Source: Bixzunavirus tonenili (taxonomy: Duplodnaviria > Heunggongvirae > Uroviricota > Caudoviricetes). Taken from it: a stretch of 64,000 bases of DNA. The notes beneath the pieces were generated by a model. That model was not told the origin of the DNA. It was given only the letters and a program-made list of their open reading frames with translations, and did not search any database. Every line of letters starts with the position of its first letter. The stretch's first letter is position 1. The DNA lies in IMG/VR virus record IMGVR_UViG_2706796412_000001, positions 1 to 64,000 of that record; one strand, 5' to 3'. Made by a program: the position numbers and the translations under genes. Positions 17,488 to 26,209 of the stretch are shown one piece after another.

Positions 17488-17756
17488 GCACTATCAAGAC
17501 CGACACCGAACTGGCCCAGACGATCGACGCGTTCGCCGCGAACGCCGTCACGGCGTCCGACACTCTCGACAATGTCCTGGAGACCCTCGATGGCCTGCTC
17601 TATCAGGCCGAGTACGTCAGCGAGACCGGTTTGCCGATCAACCGCAACCAGGCTGCCGGTGCCGTCGTCGAGGTCCAGGAGAGCTTGATCCGGCTGCGCC
17701 AGGCGATGGAGCAGCTGCGCGGGGAGCTGCGGTCCCACCTCGGAGATCAGTCCTGA
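17484..17756 (+). CDS. hypothetical protein (90 aa)
   Basis: ATGA overlap. Confidence 0.4.
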   Translation: MSTIKTDTELAQTIDAFAANAVTASDTLDNVLETLDGLLYQAEYVSETGLPINRNQAAGAVVEVQESLIRLRQAMEQLRGELRSHLGDQS

Positions 17757-17935
17757 TGGCCCTCAAGAACCTCCAGCACTACAGTCCGGAGGAGTTGCGC
17801 CTGATTCTCGACGTACTCGTCGACGTCCACGAGTACGGCCAGCAGAATGACCGCGAGGAGATCATGGGCTACCTGACCCAGCGCAAGCGCACCGTGCGCA
17901 ACCGGCTCAAGACCGTAGGGAATCAACTGAGATAG
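17756..17935 (+). CDS. hypothetical protein (59 aa)
   Basis: TGATG overlap; 3' end overlaps next promoter motif. Confidence 0.3.
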   Translation: MALKNLQHYSPEELRLILDVLVDVHEYGQQNDREEIMGYLTQRKRTVRNRLKTVGNQLR

Positions 17936-17952
17936 CCTCGTGTTATACTCAG
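17917..17952 (+). promoter_or_regulatory. promoter-like motif GGGAATCAACTGAGAT..GTTATACTCAGT
   Basis: variant copy; leader CACACCACCACACAAACACCCACAGGAG. Confidence 0.45.
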
Positions 17953-17983
17953 TGCACACCACCACACAAACACCCACAGGAGA

Positions 17984-18229
17984 ATGACAATGGCTCTCCC
18001 CGCTCTTACCTGGCGCACCGAGACCAACGGGCGCAAGAAGGTCGCCACCACCCATCTGCGCACCACCTACACCCTGGAGAAGATCGACGGCACCTGGGTC
18101 GCCCGGGTGACCGTCCCCCAGACCCGCAACCGCATCGGTGGCGGCACCGAGACCCTGGTGTCCGGCGTGACCTTCGCCCAGGCCCGCGCCGCTGCCCTGG
18201 ACGACTACAAGCGCAACGGAGGTAACTGA
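17984..18229 (+). CDS. hypothetical protein (79-81 aa)
   Basis: ATG 17984 or 17990 after GGAGAA. Confidence 0.45.
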   Translation: MTMALPALTWRTETNGRKKVATTHLRTTYTLEKIDGTWVARVTVPQTRNRIGGGTETLVSGVTFAQARAAALDDYKRNGGN

Positions 18230-18230
18230 G

Positions 18231-18476
18231 ATGGCCACTGTCGTCGCGGCCTGGCGCCCCCTGAAGTTGAGTACCGGCTACATCCTGGAGACTCCGCGCG
18301 CGACGTTCTGGGTCGAGAAGATTAGCGCTCCCGGCGAGCGTTCCTTCTGGCAGATGAAGCTTCGCCGCAAGAACACGGACGACCGCACCGTCCTCGTGTG
18401 GCAGCACGATCTCACGGCCAGGTCCCTCAAGGCTGAGGCCGAACGACTGGACGCCGACTGGACCGAGGAGAACTGA
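18231..18476 (+). CDS. hypothetical protein (81 aa)
   Basis: ORF 2 nt after upstream stop. Confidence 0.4.
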   Translation: MATVVAAWRPLKLSTGYILETPRATFWVEKISAPGERSFWQMKLRRKNTDDRTVLVWQHDLTARSLKAEAERLDADWTEEN

Positions 18477-18477
18477 G

Positions 18478-18864
18478 ATGGGCAAGATCACCGAGAGCCC
18501 GCTGGGCATCTACCTCAAGCTTGGTGACACGACCGCCGAGGACGTCTTCTACCACGACCTGGGTCTGGCGATCCCACAGAAGCACGTCGGCAAGCCCAAG
18601 CACGACTGGGTCGAGGTGTCCCGGGGACACGTCTTCCGGCCTCGCATCGTCACAGCGCCCCGGGGCGAGGACTGGGTGTCGGTCGGCGGTGTCGAGCACA
18701 CCCGTGCCGATGTCACCATCACCACCGACGAGTTGGCCCGCCAGCTCCGCCGGGTGGCGTACGTCTTGATCGACGAGGCCGACCGCCAGCGCAAGGAGAA
18801 GGACTACTTCGCCGAACAGCTCGCGGCCAAGAGTTGCGAGGTCACCATGCCCGAGGAGAACTGA
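18478..18864 (+). CDS. hypothetical protein (128 aa)
   Basis: ORF 2 nt after upstream stop. Confidence 0.45.
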   Translation: MGKITESPLGIYLKLGDTTAEDVFYHDLGLAIPQKHVGKPKHDWVEVSRGHVFRPRIVTAPRGEDWVSVGGVEHTRADVTITTDELARQLRRVAYVLIDEADRQRKEKDYFAEQLAAKSCEVTMPEEN

Positions 18865-18865
18865 G

Positions 18866-19081
18866 ATGCCCAAGCTGTCCGAGCTGTCCAACAAATCGGT
18901 CTACCATGCCGCCGAGGTCGCGCTGAAGCAATACCGGCTGCTGACTGAGGAGGGATCTTCCTCGCCGCACCTCTGGGAGGCCTACCGCGTCAGCGCCGAG
19001 GAGTGGACCGCGCTGGCCCTGGAGCGGCTGCGCGCGGCCAAGGACGGCGGCACGATCGATCTACCCACCAAGGAGGCGTGA
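18866..19081 (+). CDS. hypothetical protein (71 aa)
   Basis: ORF 2 nt after upstream stop. Confidence 0.4.
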   Translation: MPKLSELSNKSVYHAAEVALKQYRLLTEEGSSSPHLWEAYRVSAEEWTALALERLRAAKDGGTIDLPTKEA

Positions 19082-19407
19082 TGCCCAACACCAAGATGAC
19101 CATGATGCGGGGTGGCAAGACCGTCTTCAGCTACTCGGTCAGCATTCCGGGCACCTGGGCTCGAACCGACGACCAGCTACGTGCGGCCTGGAACCGGGCC
19201 GCCGTCGCTCTCAACGAGCTGGCCACCCTGATCGACGAGCGCACCAATGACAAGCACCTGCCGCTGCCGGTGCACTATCGCGACAACGGCGAGCTGTGCG
19301 AGTACAGCGAGAGCCACGACATGGCCTCCGGCTGTCCGCGCGGCTGTGCGAGCGCCAGGACCCACTACGCCAACGATGGCCACCTGATGTGCGCCGAGGA
19401 GGACTGA
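19081..19407 (+). CDS. hypothetical protein (108 aa)
   Basis: TGATG overlap. Confidence 0.4.
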   Translation: MPNTKMTMMRGGKTVFSYSVSIPGTWARTDDQLRAAWNRAAVALNELATLIDERTNDKHLPLPVHYRDNGELCEYSESHDMASGCPRGCASARTHYANDGHLMCAEED

Positions 19408-19557
19408 TGCCGAGTTCCCGCATTTACGTCCGGGCGGTTGCAGTGATGAGGACCGCGACCTGCGGATGGTGACGAACCAGATGCTCCTCGACGCCCTGAA
19501 GGTCATCGAAGCGCCGATCTGCCAGCGGCTGGAGGACGAGTTCAACTCATAGCGTTC

Positions 19558-19580
19558 GGGAATGGATGCGGCTATAGTCT
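19558..19580 (+). promoter_or_regulatory. promoter-like motif (variant) GGGAATGGATGCGGCTATAGTCT
   Basis: GGGAATGGA box with CTATAGT element; leader CACCCACCACACACGCAGGAG upstream of ATG 19625. Confidence 0.4.
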
Positions 19581-19624
19581 CGTTACACATCACGTACCAC
19601 CCACCACACACGCAGGAGCACCCA

Positions 19625-19855
19625 ATGTTCGTTCTCTCCCTCACCCCGACCGGCACCGTCGACACCGAGCGCACCGAGCACCCCAACCTCGTCGAGGCCC
19701 GCCGGGCCCTGACCGAGTTCGCCCGGGCGCGCGGGCTGCGTCTCAACATCAACGACACCGGTGCCGGTGTGGGCCGGGGCTCGCTGAGCTACGCCCCCTC
19801 CGGCACCTTCCACCAGGCCACCCACACCTGGGTCATCGACGAGAAGGAGGCCTGA
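19625..19855 (+). CDS. hypothetical protein (76 aa)
   Basis: ORF after promoter and leader. Confidence 0.45.
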   Translation: MFVLSLTPTGTVDTERTEHPNLVEARRALTEFARARGLRLNINDTGAGVGRGSLSYAPSGTFHQATHTWVIDEKEA

Positions 19856-19858
19856 GCC

Positions 19859-20233
19859 ATGAAGTACCTGATCAAGCACGACTCCGACGTCCCGCGCGGC
19901 GACGTCGAGTTCCACGAGATTCCCAACGCCCAGCCGGATCTGTACAACCTGTACCGCTGGTCGGTGGATGTCTACAACAGCCAGTTCGATGTCATATTTG
20001 ACGGCAATCGTGCCGGGGAGGTGATCATCCGGACCACCGACGGGCGGATCTCGTCCACCAGCATCCCGAATCCGATCGACGACTCCGGCACCGCCCGCCG
20101 GTACGCCCTGGCTCTGCTGGCCGCTGCCGACCTCTGGGACGAGCTGTTCCCCGACGGCAAGGTGGACAGCGAGGTCCTCAATCGGATGGCTCGCGAGCAG
20201 CGCGAGCGGTTCGTCCCCGACGAGACCGCCTGA
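19859..20233 (+). CDS. hypothetical protein (124 aa)
   Basis: ORF 3 nt after upstream stop. Confidence 0.45.
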   Translation: MKYLIKHDSDVPRGDVEFHEIPNAQPDLYNLYRWSVDVYNSQFDVIFDGNRAGEVIIRTTDGRISSTSIPNPIDDSGTARRYALALLAAADLWDELFPDGKVDSEVLNRMAREQRERFVPDETA

Positions 20234-20262
20234 CCCCTCACCCACGAGAGAAGGAGAAACCC

Positions 20263-20565
20263 ATGGCCCGATCCAAGGTGGTGTCCATCCAGGCCGCCCC
20301 GCGCCGGTCCTACAAGTCCTCGACGGCCAAGATCCAGGCCGAGACCCTGCGCAAGGCCTCGCGCGCCGGGCTGCCCTGGGAGGACGACGAGGTCGCCCGC
20401 CTCGCTCAAGGCATCGCCGCTGACGAGACCAGCCGCGAGATCGCGCTGTCGCTCGGACGCACCTACTACGGCGTGATGGGTGCGCGCACCCACGTGCGGT
20501 TCGCCCTGGACCACTGGGATGCGCTGGCGCCGGTGGCCAAGGACGCCCGGAGGAAGGTGCGCTAG
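20263..20565 (+). CDS. hypothetical protein (100 aa)
   Basis: ORF after AGAAGGAGAAACCC RBS. Confidence 0.4.
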   Translation: MARSKVVSIQAAPRRSYKSSTAKIQAETLRKASRAGLPWEDDEVARLAQGIAADETSREIALSLGRTYYGVMGARTHVRFALDHWDALAPVAKDARRKVR

Positions 20566-20701
20566 TGGATCCCAACCAAACCCTCGGCGACCTGCGCGAC
20601 TGCATCGAAGGCGAGCGCTGGGATGAGGCTGCCGAGCACTTCCAGGCCCTCGACACCTGGCTGACTCAGGGCGGCTTTCTGCCGACAGATTGGGCGCGTC
20701 G

Positions 20702-20956
20702 ATGACCATCATCAATCCCAAGCATCAGTTTCGCCTGGTCTTCAAGACCTGGCTGGGTAACTACAAGGGCGAGCAGTCGTTCACCAGCGCGCCGCAACGC
20801 AACCTCGACGAGGTGATCGACCTGGTCCGCCAGACTCAGGCCAGCGCGCTGCATCCGCACATCCGCAGCTATGTCGTGCAGGAGAACCTCGCCGAGTCCT
20901 CCTTCGCCCCGTGCTGGAACACCCTGGATCCCTCAGATTGGATGGACCTGCTGTGA
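20702..20956 (+). CDS. hypothetical protein (84 aa)
   Basis: ATGA overlap. Confidence 0.4.
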   Translation: MTIINPKHQFRLVFKTWLGNYKGEQSFTSAPQRNLDEVIDLVRQTQASALHPHIRSYVVQENLAESSFAPCWNTLDPSDWMDLL

Positions 20957-21276
20957 GTGAAGCCCCACTTCGCTACATCACCGCCGACGGCGTCCTTTGG
21001 GACGCGGTTGGTGTCAAGCACGGCGGCTCGATGGCTTTCGTCCGGGTGAGTGATGACGCAGGTCTCGGGCCGGGTTACCTGTCGCTCAACGAGGTCCTTC
21101 GGCAACATGGCGCCCTGGAGATCTATGACCCGATCGTGCACACAGCGCGAATCCTGGTGGCCGCTGCCGAGGAGGTCGGTCGCGAGATGTCGCAGTCAAC
21201 TGCCGAGGATCTCGTCATAGGCCTGAAGACCCTGGGTCGGGAGATCGTCAAAGTGACCGACGACACGCCAGAGTAG
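20953..21276 (+). CDS. hypothetical protein (107 aa)
   Basis: GTGA overlap. Confidence 0.4.
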   Translation: MSEAPLRYITADGVLWDAVGVKHGGSMAFVRVSDDAGLGPGYLSLNEVLRQHGALEIYDPIVHTARILVAAAEEVGREMSQSTAEDLVIGLKTLGREIVKVTDDTPE

Positions 21277-21287
21277 GTCATGGCAGC

Positions 21288-21325
21288 GGGGAATGAATCC
21301 AGGTAAAGTGTGGTTGTAGAAGACG
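21288..21325 (+). promoter_or_regulatory. promoter-like motif (variant) GGGGAATGAATCCAGG..GTTGTAGAAG
   Basis: repeated box; leader ACACCCACACACAAGGAG upstream of ATG 21361. Confidence 0.4.
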
Positions 21326-21360
21326 TAAGGCACAAACACCCACACACAAGGAGCCCCGAA

Positions 21361-21768
21361 ATGACCGCCATTGCCACCACCGCCCCGGCCACCCACGACG
21401 AGTGGATCGCTCTGATGCTCAACTCGGTGTCGCCCTTCATGCGCACCGTAATCCGCGAGGAGTACATCATCGCGGCGGAGACCGGCGACTATATGGACCA
21501 GCTGTACCTGGCGGGCGAGGTGCAGATGTGGCTGCGCCTGGAGGCCAAGACCGACGGCCAGCTGGTCACCGAGCTCTCGGTGCTCGCCGAAGAGCGCCAG
21601 GCCTACTGGGACGAAGAGGACTCCAGCGAGATCACCTGGGAGGACACCGAGCAGTGGGACCACCAGATGTGGGCGATTCGTGAGCTGCAGGCCTACCGGG
21701 CCGCGCAGGCTCGGTACACCAACCAGCCTCCGCTGACCCACAGCCCGTTCGCGGCGCTGGCCACATGA
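21361..21768 (+). CDS. hypothetical acidic protein (135 aa)
   Basis: ORF after promoter and leader. Confidence 0.45.
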   Translation: MTAIATTAPATHDEWIALMLNSVSPFMRTVIREEYIIAAETGDYMDQLYLAGEVQMWLRLEAKTDGQLVTELSVLAEERQAYWDEEDSSEITWEDTEQWDHQMWAIRELQAYRAAQARYTNQPPLTHSPFAALAT

Positions 21769-21770
21769 TC

Positions 21771-21818
21771 TCCGCCTCCCCACCCCGGGTGATACGGCCC
21801 CGGGGCGGGGAGGTCACC
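21771..21818 (+). terminator. GC-rich imperfect hairpin (CTCCCCACCCCGGG..CCCCGGGGCGGGGAG)
   Basis: long inverted repeat immediately after stop of 21361-21768; no U-tract. Confidence 0.35.
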
Positions 21819-21858
21819 AACCTACCGAATACCCCACTCACACGAAGGAGCCACCACC

Positions 21859-22554
21859 ATGGGCGCACGAGCCAACTTCCTCCAGACCGTCCGGGTCTAC
21901 GGCTGGGAGCCCGACCCCCGCCAGACCGTCACGCGTAGCTGGTCGAACCGGGAGCGGGTGCAGGACCCGCATGCGTTCACCAAGCCCGCCGCCCACGGCG
22001 GCACCTGGCACATCTACCTGGACTACCGCAATCGGTCCAGTTACCACCAGAACTACGACGACACGCTGCGCAAGGTCGAGGTCCGTCACCGTGACGCCGA
22101 GGGCGAGATGGATGAGCGGTCAACGCTGGATCGTCCCGACACCTTCCGAACCTTCATTGCACTCTGGGAGGCCACTGCCGATCCGGCCAAGAAGAACGGC
22201 GGTACTCTGCGCGACCGGGCCACCCTGCTGGTGGCCGACGTCGACCTGGTGATGTGGCTGGCCGCCGAGATCACGCACAAGCATGCGCTGGAAATGAAGG
22301 CCGAGAGCGATCGCCGCGAGCAGGATCGCCGTGAGCGTGACCGTCCGCTGCCGCTGACGCCGGAAGGCCAGAAGAGCTGGTGGGAGGTCAAGCGCAGTCT
22401 GTACGACGCCGCCGACCACATCTACAAGTCCGACGGCAAGAGTGATCTGGCCGCGCTGATCGTGGCCGCGCGCCGGGCCCTGGCCCGCGTCGAGGACGCT
22501 GTCAACGCCGATGTGCAGGCGCAGATCGAGGCCCTGGAGGCGGTGACAGCATGA
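21859..22554 (+). CDS. hypothetical protein (231 aa)
   Basis: ORF after AAGGAG RBS; Arg/Glu-rich central region. Confidence 0.5.
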   Translation: MGARANFLQTVRVYGWEPDPRQTVTRSWSNRERVQDPHAFTKPAAHGGTWHIYLDYRNRSSYHQNYDDTLRKVEVRHRDAEGEMDERSTLDRPDTFRTFIALWEATADPAKKNGGTLRDRATLLVADVDLVMWLAAEITHKHALEMKAESDRREQDRRERDRPLPLTPEGQKSWWEVKRSLYDAADHIYKSDGKSDLAALIVAARRALARVEDAVNADVQAQIEALEAVTA

Positions 22555-22745
22555 CCGACTTCATCGCGTACTCCGAGGAGCCCCTGGGCTACGACGACAT
22601 CGTCGCCTACCAGTCCTTCGACCCGCCCACCGACCAGATCCCCGTGGTTTCCGAAGCGATGGTCGACGCCTACCTGGCACTGCCGTGGTGGCGGCGCCTG
22701 GCCGTCGACTTCGGCCTCGTCGACCCACTGACGCTGGTGACCTGA
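22551..22745 (+). CDS. hypothetical protein (64 aa)
   Basis: ATGA overlap. Confidence 0.35.
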   Translation: MTDFIAYSEEPLGYDDIVAYQSFDPPTDQIPVVSEAMVDAYLALPWWRRLAVDFGLVDPLTLVT

Positions 22746-23056
22746 TGGGCGCACAGCTGACCCCCGCCGAGCTGGCAGGCGCGGCGATGAGGCCGCGCTA
22801 TCAACAGCTGACGCCGGTCGTCGACTATCAGACCGCACTGCACCGGTTCCTCCTCGAAGAGCTGCCGCCGGACACTGTCTTCGACGTCGAGCACGTCAAT
22901 CTGGGACTGCAGCTGATTATCGAGTTCAACCGTGACATCTGGCCGCACCGAGTCCCGACCAACTGGGAGCTGGTGCTGGCCGATCGTGCCGGACGTCTCG
23001 AAGAACGCATCGCCGAGATCGAGGCCGAGTATCAACACAGCAAGGAGACACGATGA
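22745..23056 (+). CDS. hypothetical protein (103 aa)
   Basis: TGATG overlap. Confidence 0.4.
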   Translation: MGAQLTPAELAGAAMRPRYQQLTPVVDYQTALHRFLLEELPPDTVFDVEHVNLGLQLIIEFNRDIWPHRVPTNWELVLADRAGRLEERIAEIEAEYQHSKETR

Positions 23057-23259
23057 CAACCTCAGTTGTCTACAACCAGCTCCAGATGGAGCTGATCACC
23101 AAGGTGACCGAGGCCATGGAGCGCAACGGCTGGTCCCAGGGCGACTTGGAGCGTCGTTCGGGTGTGACTCAGCCCAACATCAGCAACCTGCTTGCCGGGA
23201 AGCGTCTGGGGACGCTGCACACCTGGAACAAGCTGCTGCGCGCGATCGAGGCGCCGTGA
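23053..23259 (+). CDS. helix-turn-helix (XRE-like) DNA-binding protein
   Basis: 68 aa; WSQGDLERRSGVTQPNISNLLAGKR HTH signature. Confidence 0.5.
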   Translation: MTTSVVYNQLQMELITKVTEAMERNGWSQGDLERRSGVTQPNISNLLAGKRLGTLHTWNKLLRAIEAP

Positions 23260-23564
23260 GCAAGCTGACGCCCACCCAGGAACTCATTCTGGAGGTGCTC
23301 GCCGCGCGCAGCCGTCTGGGCGAGCAGTTCTGGACCTTCCCGACCCGTACGGCACTCGTGCGGGCCGCCAGGAGCCTGGAGAACACCGGATTCGTCTGGT
23401 GTGACACCGCGCCGACGCCGCGCAGCTTTCGCGTCGGGCTTACCGAGCAAGGCCAGCTGGCCTGCATCGATCCCGGCTACACCCCACCTGTGGAGCGCAC
23501 CAGCACCGAGAGCGTCCGCAGGCGGATGCACGAGGCTGTCGATCGCGTCCTGGACGGCCTCTGA
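23256..23564 (+). CDS. winged-helix-like regulator (102 aa)
   Basis: GTGA overlap; LTPTQELILEVLAARS resembles MarR/PadR wHTH N-terminus. Confidence 0.4.
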   Translation: MSKLTPTQELILEVLAARSRLGEQFWTFPTRTALVRAARSLENTGFVWCDTAPTPRSFRVGLTEQGQLACIDPGYTPPVERTSTESVRRRMHEAVDRVLDGL

Positions 23565-23896
23565 TGGAGTTTGTCTTCTTCGACGAGTTGACCCCTCAAC
23601 AGCAGGAGGCGTGGCTGCAGGGGGACGCTCTGGACATGGCACACCGCTGGCTGCGGGGTCGGCGCCAGCGCGAGCTGCTGATCAAGATGTTCTACCACGA
23701 GAAGGTCTACGGCCCGCGTGGTTCGCGCTGGGGCTACAGCGCCGAGTCGCGCCGGATACTCGCCGCCCTGCTTCGGCACAGCCTGGTGATCAAGTGCGAC
23801 AGCGCGGTGCCGCCGGAGCGTCCGGGCAAGCAGCTGTGGCGTCTGAGCGACATGGGCCGACGGTGCGCCAAGATCATGATCGAAGAGAAGCTGTGA
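23564..23896 (+). CDS. hypothetical protein (110 aa)
   Basis: TGATG overlap. Confidence 0.4.
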   Translation: MEFVFFDELTPQQQEAWLQGDALDMAHRWLRGRRQRELLIKMFYHEKVYGPRGSRWGYSAESRRILAALLRHSLVIKCDSAVPPERPGKQLWRLSDMGRRCAKIMIEEKL

Positions 23897-23916
23897 CGCA
23901 GGACACATAACCCCAA

Positions 23917-23951
23917 GGAATGATTCGCCCTATAGCAAGGTTATAGTGGGT
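23917..23951 (+). promoter_or_regulatory. promoter-like motif GGAATGATTCGCCCTAT..GTTATAGTGGGT driving a long non-coding leader
   Basis: repeated motif, but next credible start codon is about 450 nt downstream (24404). Confidence 0.45.
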
Positions 23952-24403
23952 GTAGCACCGAACATCGACAACTCAAGAGAGCATCTGGACCACCGAGGCA
24001 CCGTGCAATTACCCCTGTGAAACATCCCCTGACGGCTAACGACCACGACCTCACCCCAGAGACCGGACCGAAAGGCCCCATCGCGATACACCCCAGCCAC
24101 GTGTGGCGGGGCCGGTGGGAACCAGCCCCAGAGAAGCCGGAGACGGGCGTGAGGCGACCCCTGAACGAAGGGATGCGGAGGGCGAAATCCGCCGCGAGAG
24201 AAGGTGAGGCCAAGAGCCATCGAGCGCGCCGACGGGCGCGGGAAGGATGGACGAGCGCCGCGTCAAACAGACAGGTCTAGTACCGATGGTAGCCGGGGAG
24301 TGCGCACGAACCGGGGAGACTAGGGAACGAAACCGGCTGGCCAGATGCTCCCTTGGGTTGTCGATGTCGGCACTCAACCGCCACCCACCGAAAGGAGGGC
24401 CGC
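23952..24403 (+). ncRNA. candidate structured ncRNA or long 5' leader (purine-rich, GC hairpins)
   Basis: about 450 nt without convincing CDS downstream of consensus promoter; multiple GC-rich stem-loops (GCGGAgggcgaaaTCCGC, GGCCCC..GGGGCC). Confidence 0.3.
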
Positions 24404-24637
24404 ATGGCCCACAATGATCTGGTCAAGCTCGCCAGCGAAGCCAACGAACGCGCGCTGTATCTGCGCGAGCAGATGGAGGCCTGGACCTACATGGCCCCGG
24501 CGGGCATCGTCGAGCTGCTGGCCGCTGTCGACGCTCTGACCGGCGCCGTGGTCGAGCTGGCCGCGACCGACGACGATGTCGCCGCCGAGCTTGAAGCGCT
24601 GCAGACCAAGTTCGATCGCCTGCGGACCTGTCGGTGA
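24404..24637 (+). CDS. hypothetical protein (77 aa)
   Basis: ATG after AAAGGAGGG RBS. Confidence 0.45.
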   Translation: MAHNDLVKLASEANERALYLREQMEAWTYMAPAGIVELLAAVDALTGAVVELAATDDDVAAELEALQTKFDRLRTCR

Positions 24638-24978
24638 GAGTCTTCTTCGGCGCCCGCGAGGTTACCGAGGAGGAGGCCAAGGCCCTCGAAGCCGAGGGCC
24701 GGGCCCACTTCTCCTACGTCGACGACGAGGGCAACTTCATCCTGGAGCGTGGGCCGGGCAACAAGTGGCTGGAGACCCAGCCGCCGCACGTGTTCGCCCT
24801 GCACATCTTCGGGCACACCGCCACCTGGGCCGGGATGGCCACGAAGTGGGCCACCACTTCCGCTGAAGGCGAAGACGCCGATGCCGTCGATGCCATGTTG
24901 ATGAGCGGCGTTGCCGCCGCCCTGGTCGTGCTCAACCGCAAGCTGGCCGTCGCCCACAAGAATCTGTCCCGGAGCTGA
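24634..24978 (+). CDS. hypothetical protein (114 aa)
   Basis: GTGA overlap. Confidence 0.4.
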   Translation: MRVFFGAREVTEEEAKALEAEGRAHFSYVDDEGNFILERGPGNKWLETQPPHVFALHIFGHTATWAGMATKWATTSAEGEDADAVDAMLMSGVAAALVVLNRKLAVAHKNLSRS

Positions 24979-24980
24979 TC

Positions 24981-25496
24981 ATGGCCTATACCGTCGTCGA
25001 CTACGGGGAGCAGACCCCGCAGACTCTAGACCGCTTCGGCACCGGGCAGGAGTATCTGGTCTGGGGACGCAACGGCGATCGGCATTTTCACCACCACGTC
25101 GTGCCGCAACGCAGCTCGTGGTCGCGGCGGGCGTTGAAGCGTCTGCAGCGTGCCGCCCGGCGTGAAGAGCATCGTTTCACCTGGGAAAGTACCAACGTCC
25201 CGGGCACAATGCTCTACCACGTCCGGCTCAACAGCGGTCGCGTGGTGACCATCACCGACAGCGCCGACGGACGCGTGGCCGTCCGAGTGGACCATCAGCA
25301 CGTTTATCGGGAAACCAATCGGATGCGCAACGGCCAGCGCGAGCGTGCCGTCATCCAACTGCAGTCACAGGAAGCTTTCGAGCGCGAGCTTGCTCAGGAG
25401 GCGCACAAGGAGGCCCTGCGGGCCAAGCTGGGCACCGACATCATTCACTCACCCACACAGGAGCATCATGACCAAGATCCTCGCCACGATCGCTAG
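24981..25496 (+). CDS. hypothetical protein (171 aa)
   Basis: ORF 2 nt after upstream stop; 3' end overlaps next gene by 29 nt, end may be misassigned. Confidence 0.4.
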   Translation: MAYTVVDYGEQTPQTLDRFGTGQEYLVWGRNGDRHFHHHVVPQRSSWSRRALKRLQRAARREEHRFTWESTNVPGTMLYHVRLNSGRVVTITDSADGRVAVRVDHQHVYRETNRMRNGQRERAVIQLQSQEAFERELAQEAHKEALRAKLGTDIIHSPTQEHHDQDPRHDR

Positions 25497-25671
25497 CGTG
25501 GCCGTTCTCTCCGCCTGCGCCGCTCAGGTGCCCGCCGCCCCGGAGGTCCCCGAGCACAAGGACCTGCCGTTCGTCTACCAGCTGATCGAAGACCTCAAGA
25601 ACCCGCCGACGACCACCGTGGTCCAGCCGACCACCATTGCCGACATGCTGCTGCCTCCGGAGGTGAAGTGA
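25468..25671 (+). CDS. putative lipoprotein (67 aa)
   Basis: leader CACTCACCCACACAGGAG; signal plus lipobox LSAC. Confidence 0.4.
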   Translation: MTKILATIASVAVLSACAAQVPAAPEVPEHKDLPFVYQLIEDLKNPPTTTVVQPTTIADMLLPPEVK

Positions 25672-25803
25672 GATGGCCAGACACGCGGCAGCTCCTACGC
25701 TGGGCGACATCGCGGACCAGCTGCGCGAGTGGAAAGACGTCGGGGTGACCCTGGAATCACTGCAGTGGGTCATCCGTGAGCAGGTCTACTTCGAGGAGTC
25801 CCG

Positions 25804-26100
25804 ATGAAGACCGTGCGGGTCACCACCCAACGGATCAAGCGCGACGTCTCGTTCGGCGCCCGGTATGTCGAAGAGATGGGCGCCGAAGGTCTGAAGAATC
25901 GGATGTACGACACGGCTATCGAAGACGACGACGCTCGCTGGCCCGGAGAGCAAGGCTGGCATGTCGACTCGGTAGAGGTTATCAGCCAGTACATCGATCC
26001 CAGACATCCCGGCGTGATCAGGGTCAACGCCTTGATCACCGAGAGCAAGACGATCCGCGTCCCTGAGACGACTGAGGAAGATCCAAACTACAAAGGTTGA
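25804..26100 (+). CDS. hypothetical protein (98 aa)
   Basis: ATGA overlap with 44-aa micro-ORF 25673-25807. Confidence 0.4.
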   Translation: MKTVRVTTQRIKRDVSFGARYVEEMGAEGLKNRMYDTAIEDDDARWPGEQGWHVDSVEVISQYIDPRHPGVIRVNALITESKTIRVPETTEEDPNYKG

Positions 26101-26209
26101 GTTCAGAAGAGAAACTTGCCTATAGCGGAATTAAAGTCTTAGAGTCTCGGTTGTACGGTTTGTACGACGCTCACCCAGAGCACCACCACCACCCACACAA
26201 GGAGTACCT

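Noticed and set aside
23952-24403. Tried to read the long non-coding region as RNase P RNA, tmRNA or a group I intron
   Set aside because: No P4/P10-12 RNase P motifs, no tmRNA tag-ORF or 3' tRNA-like end, and no intron core could be recognised by eye. Left as an unclassified candidate ncRNA.
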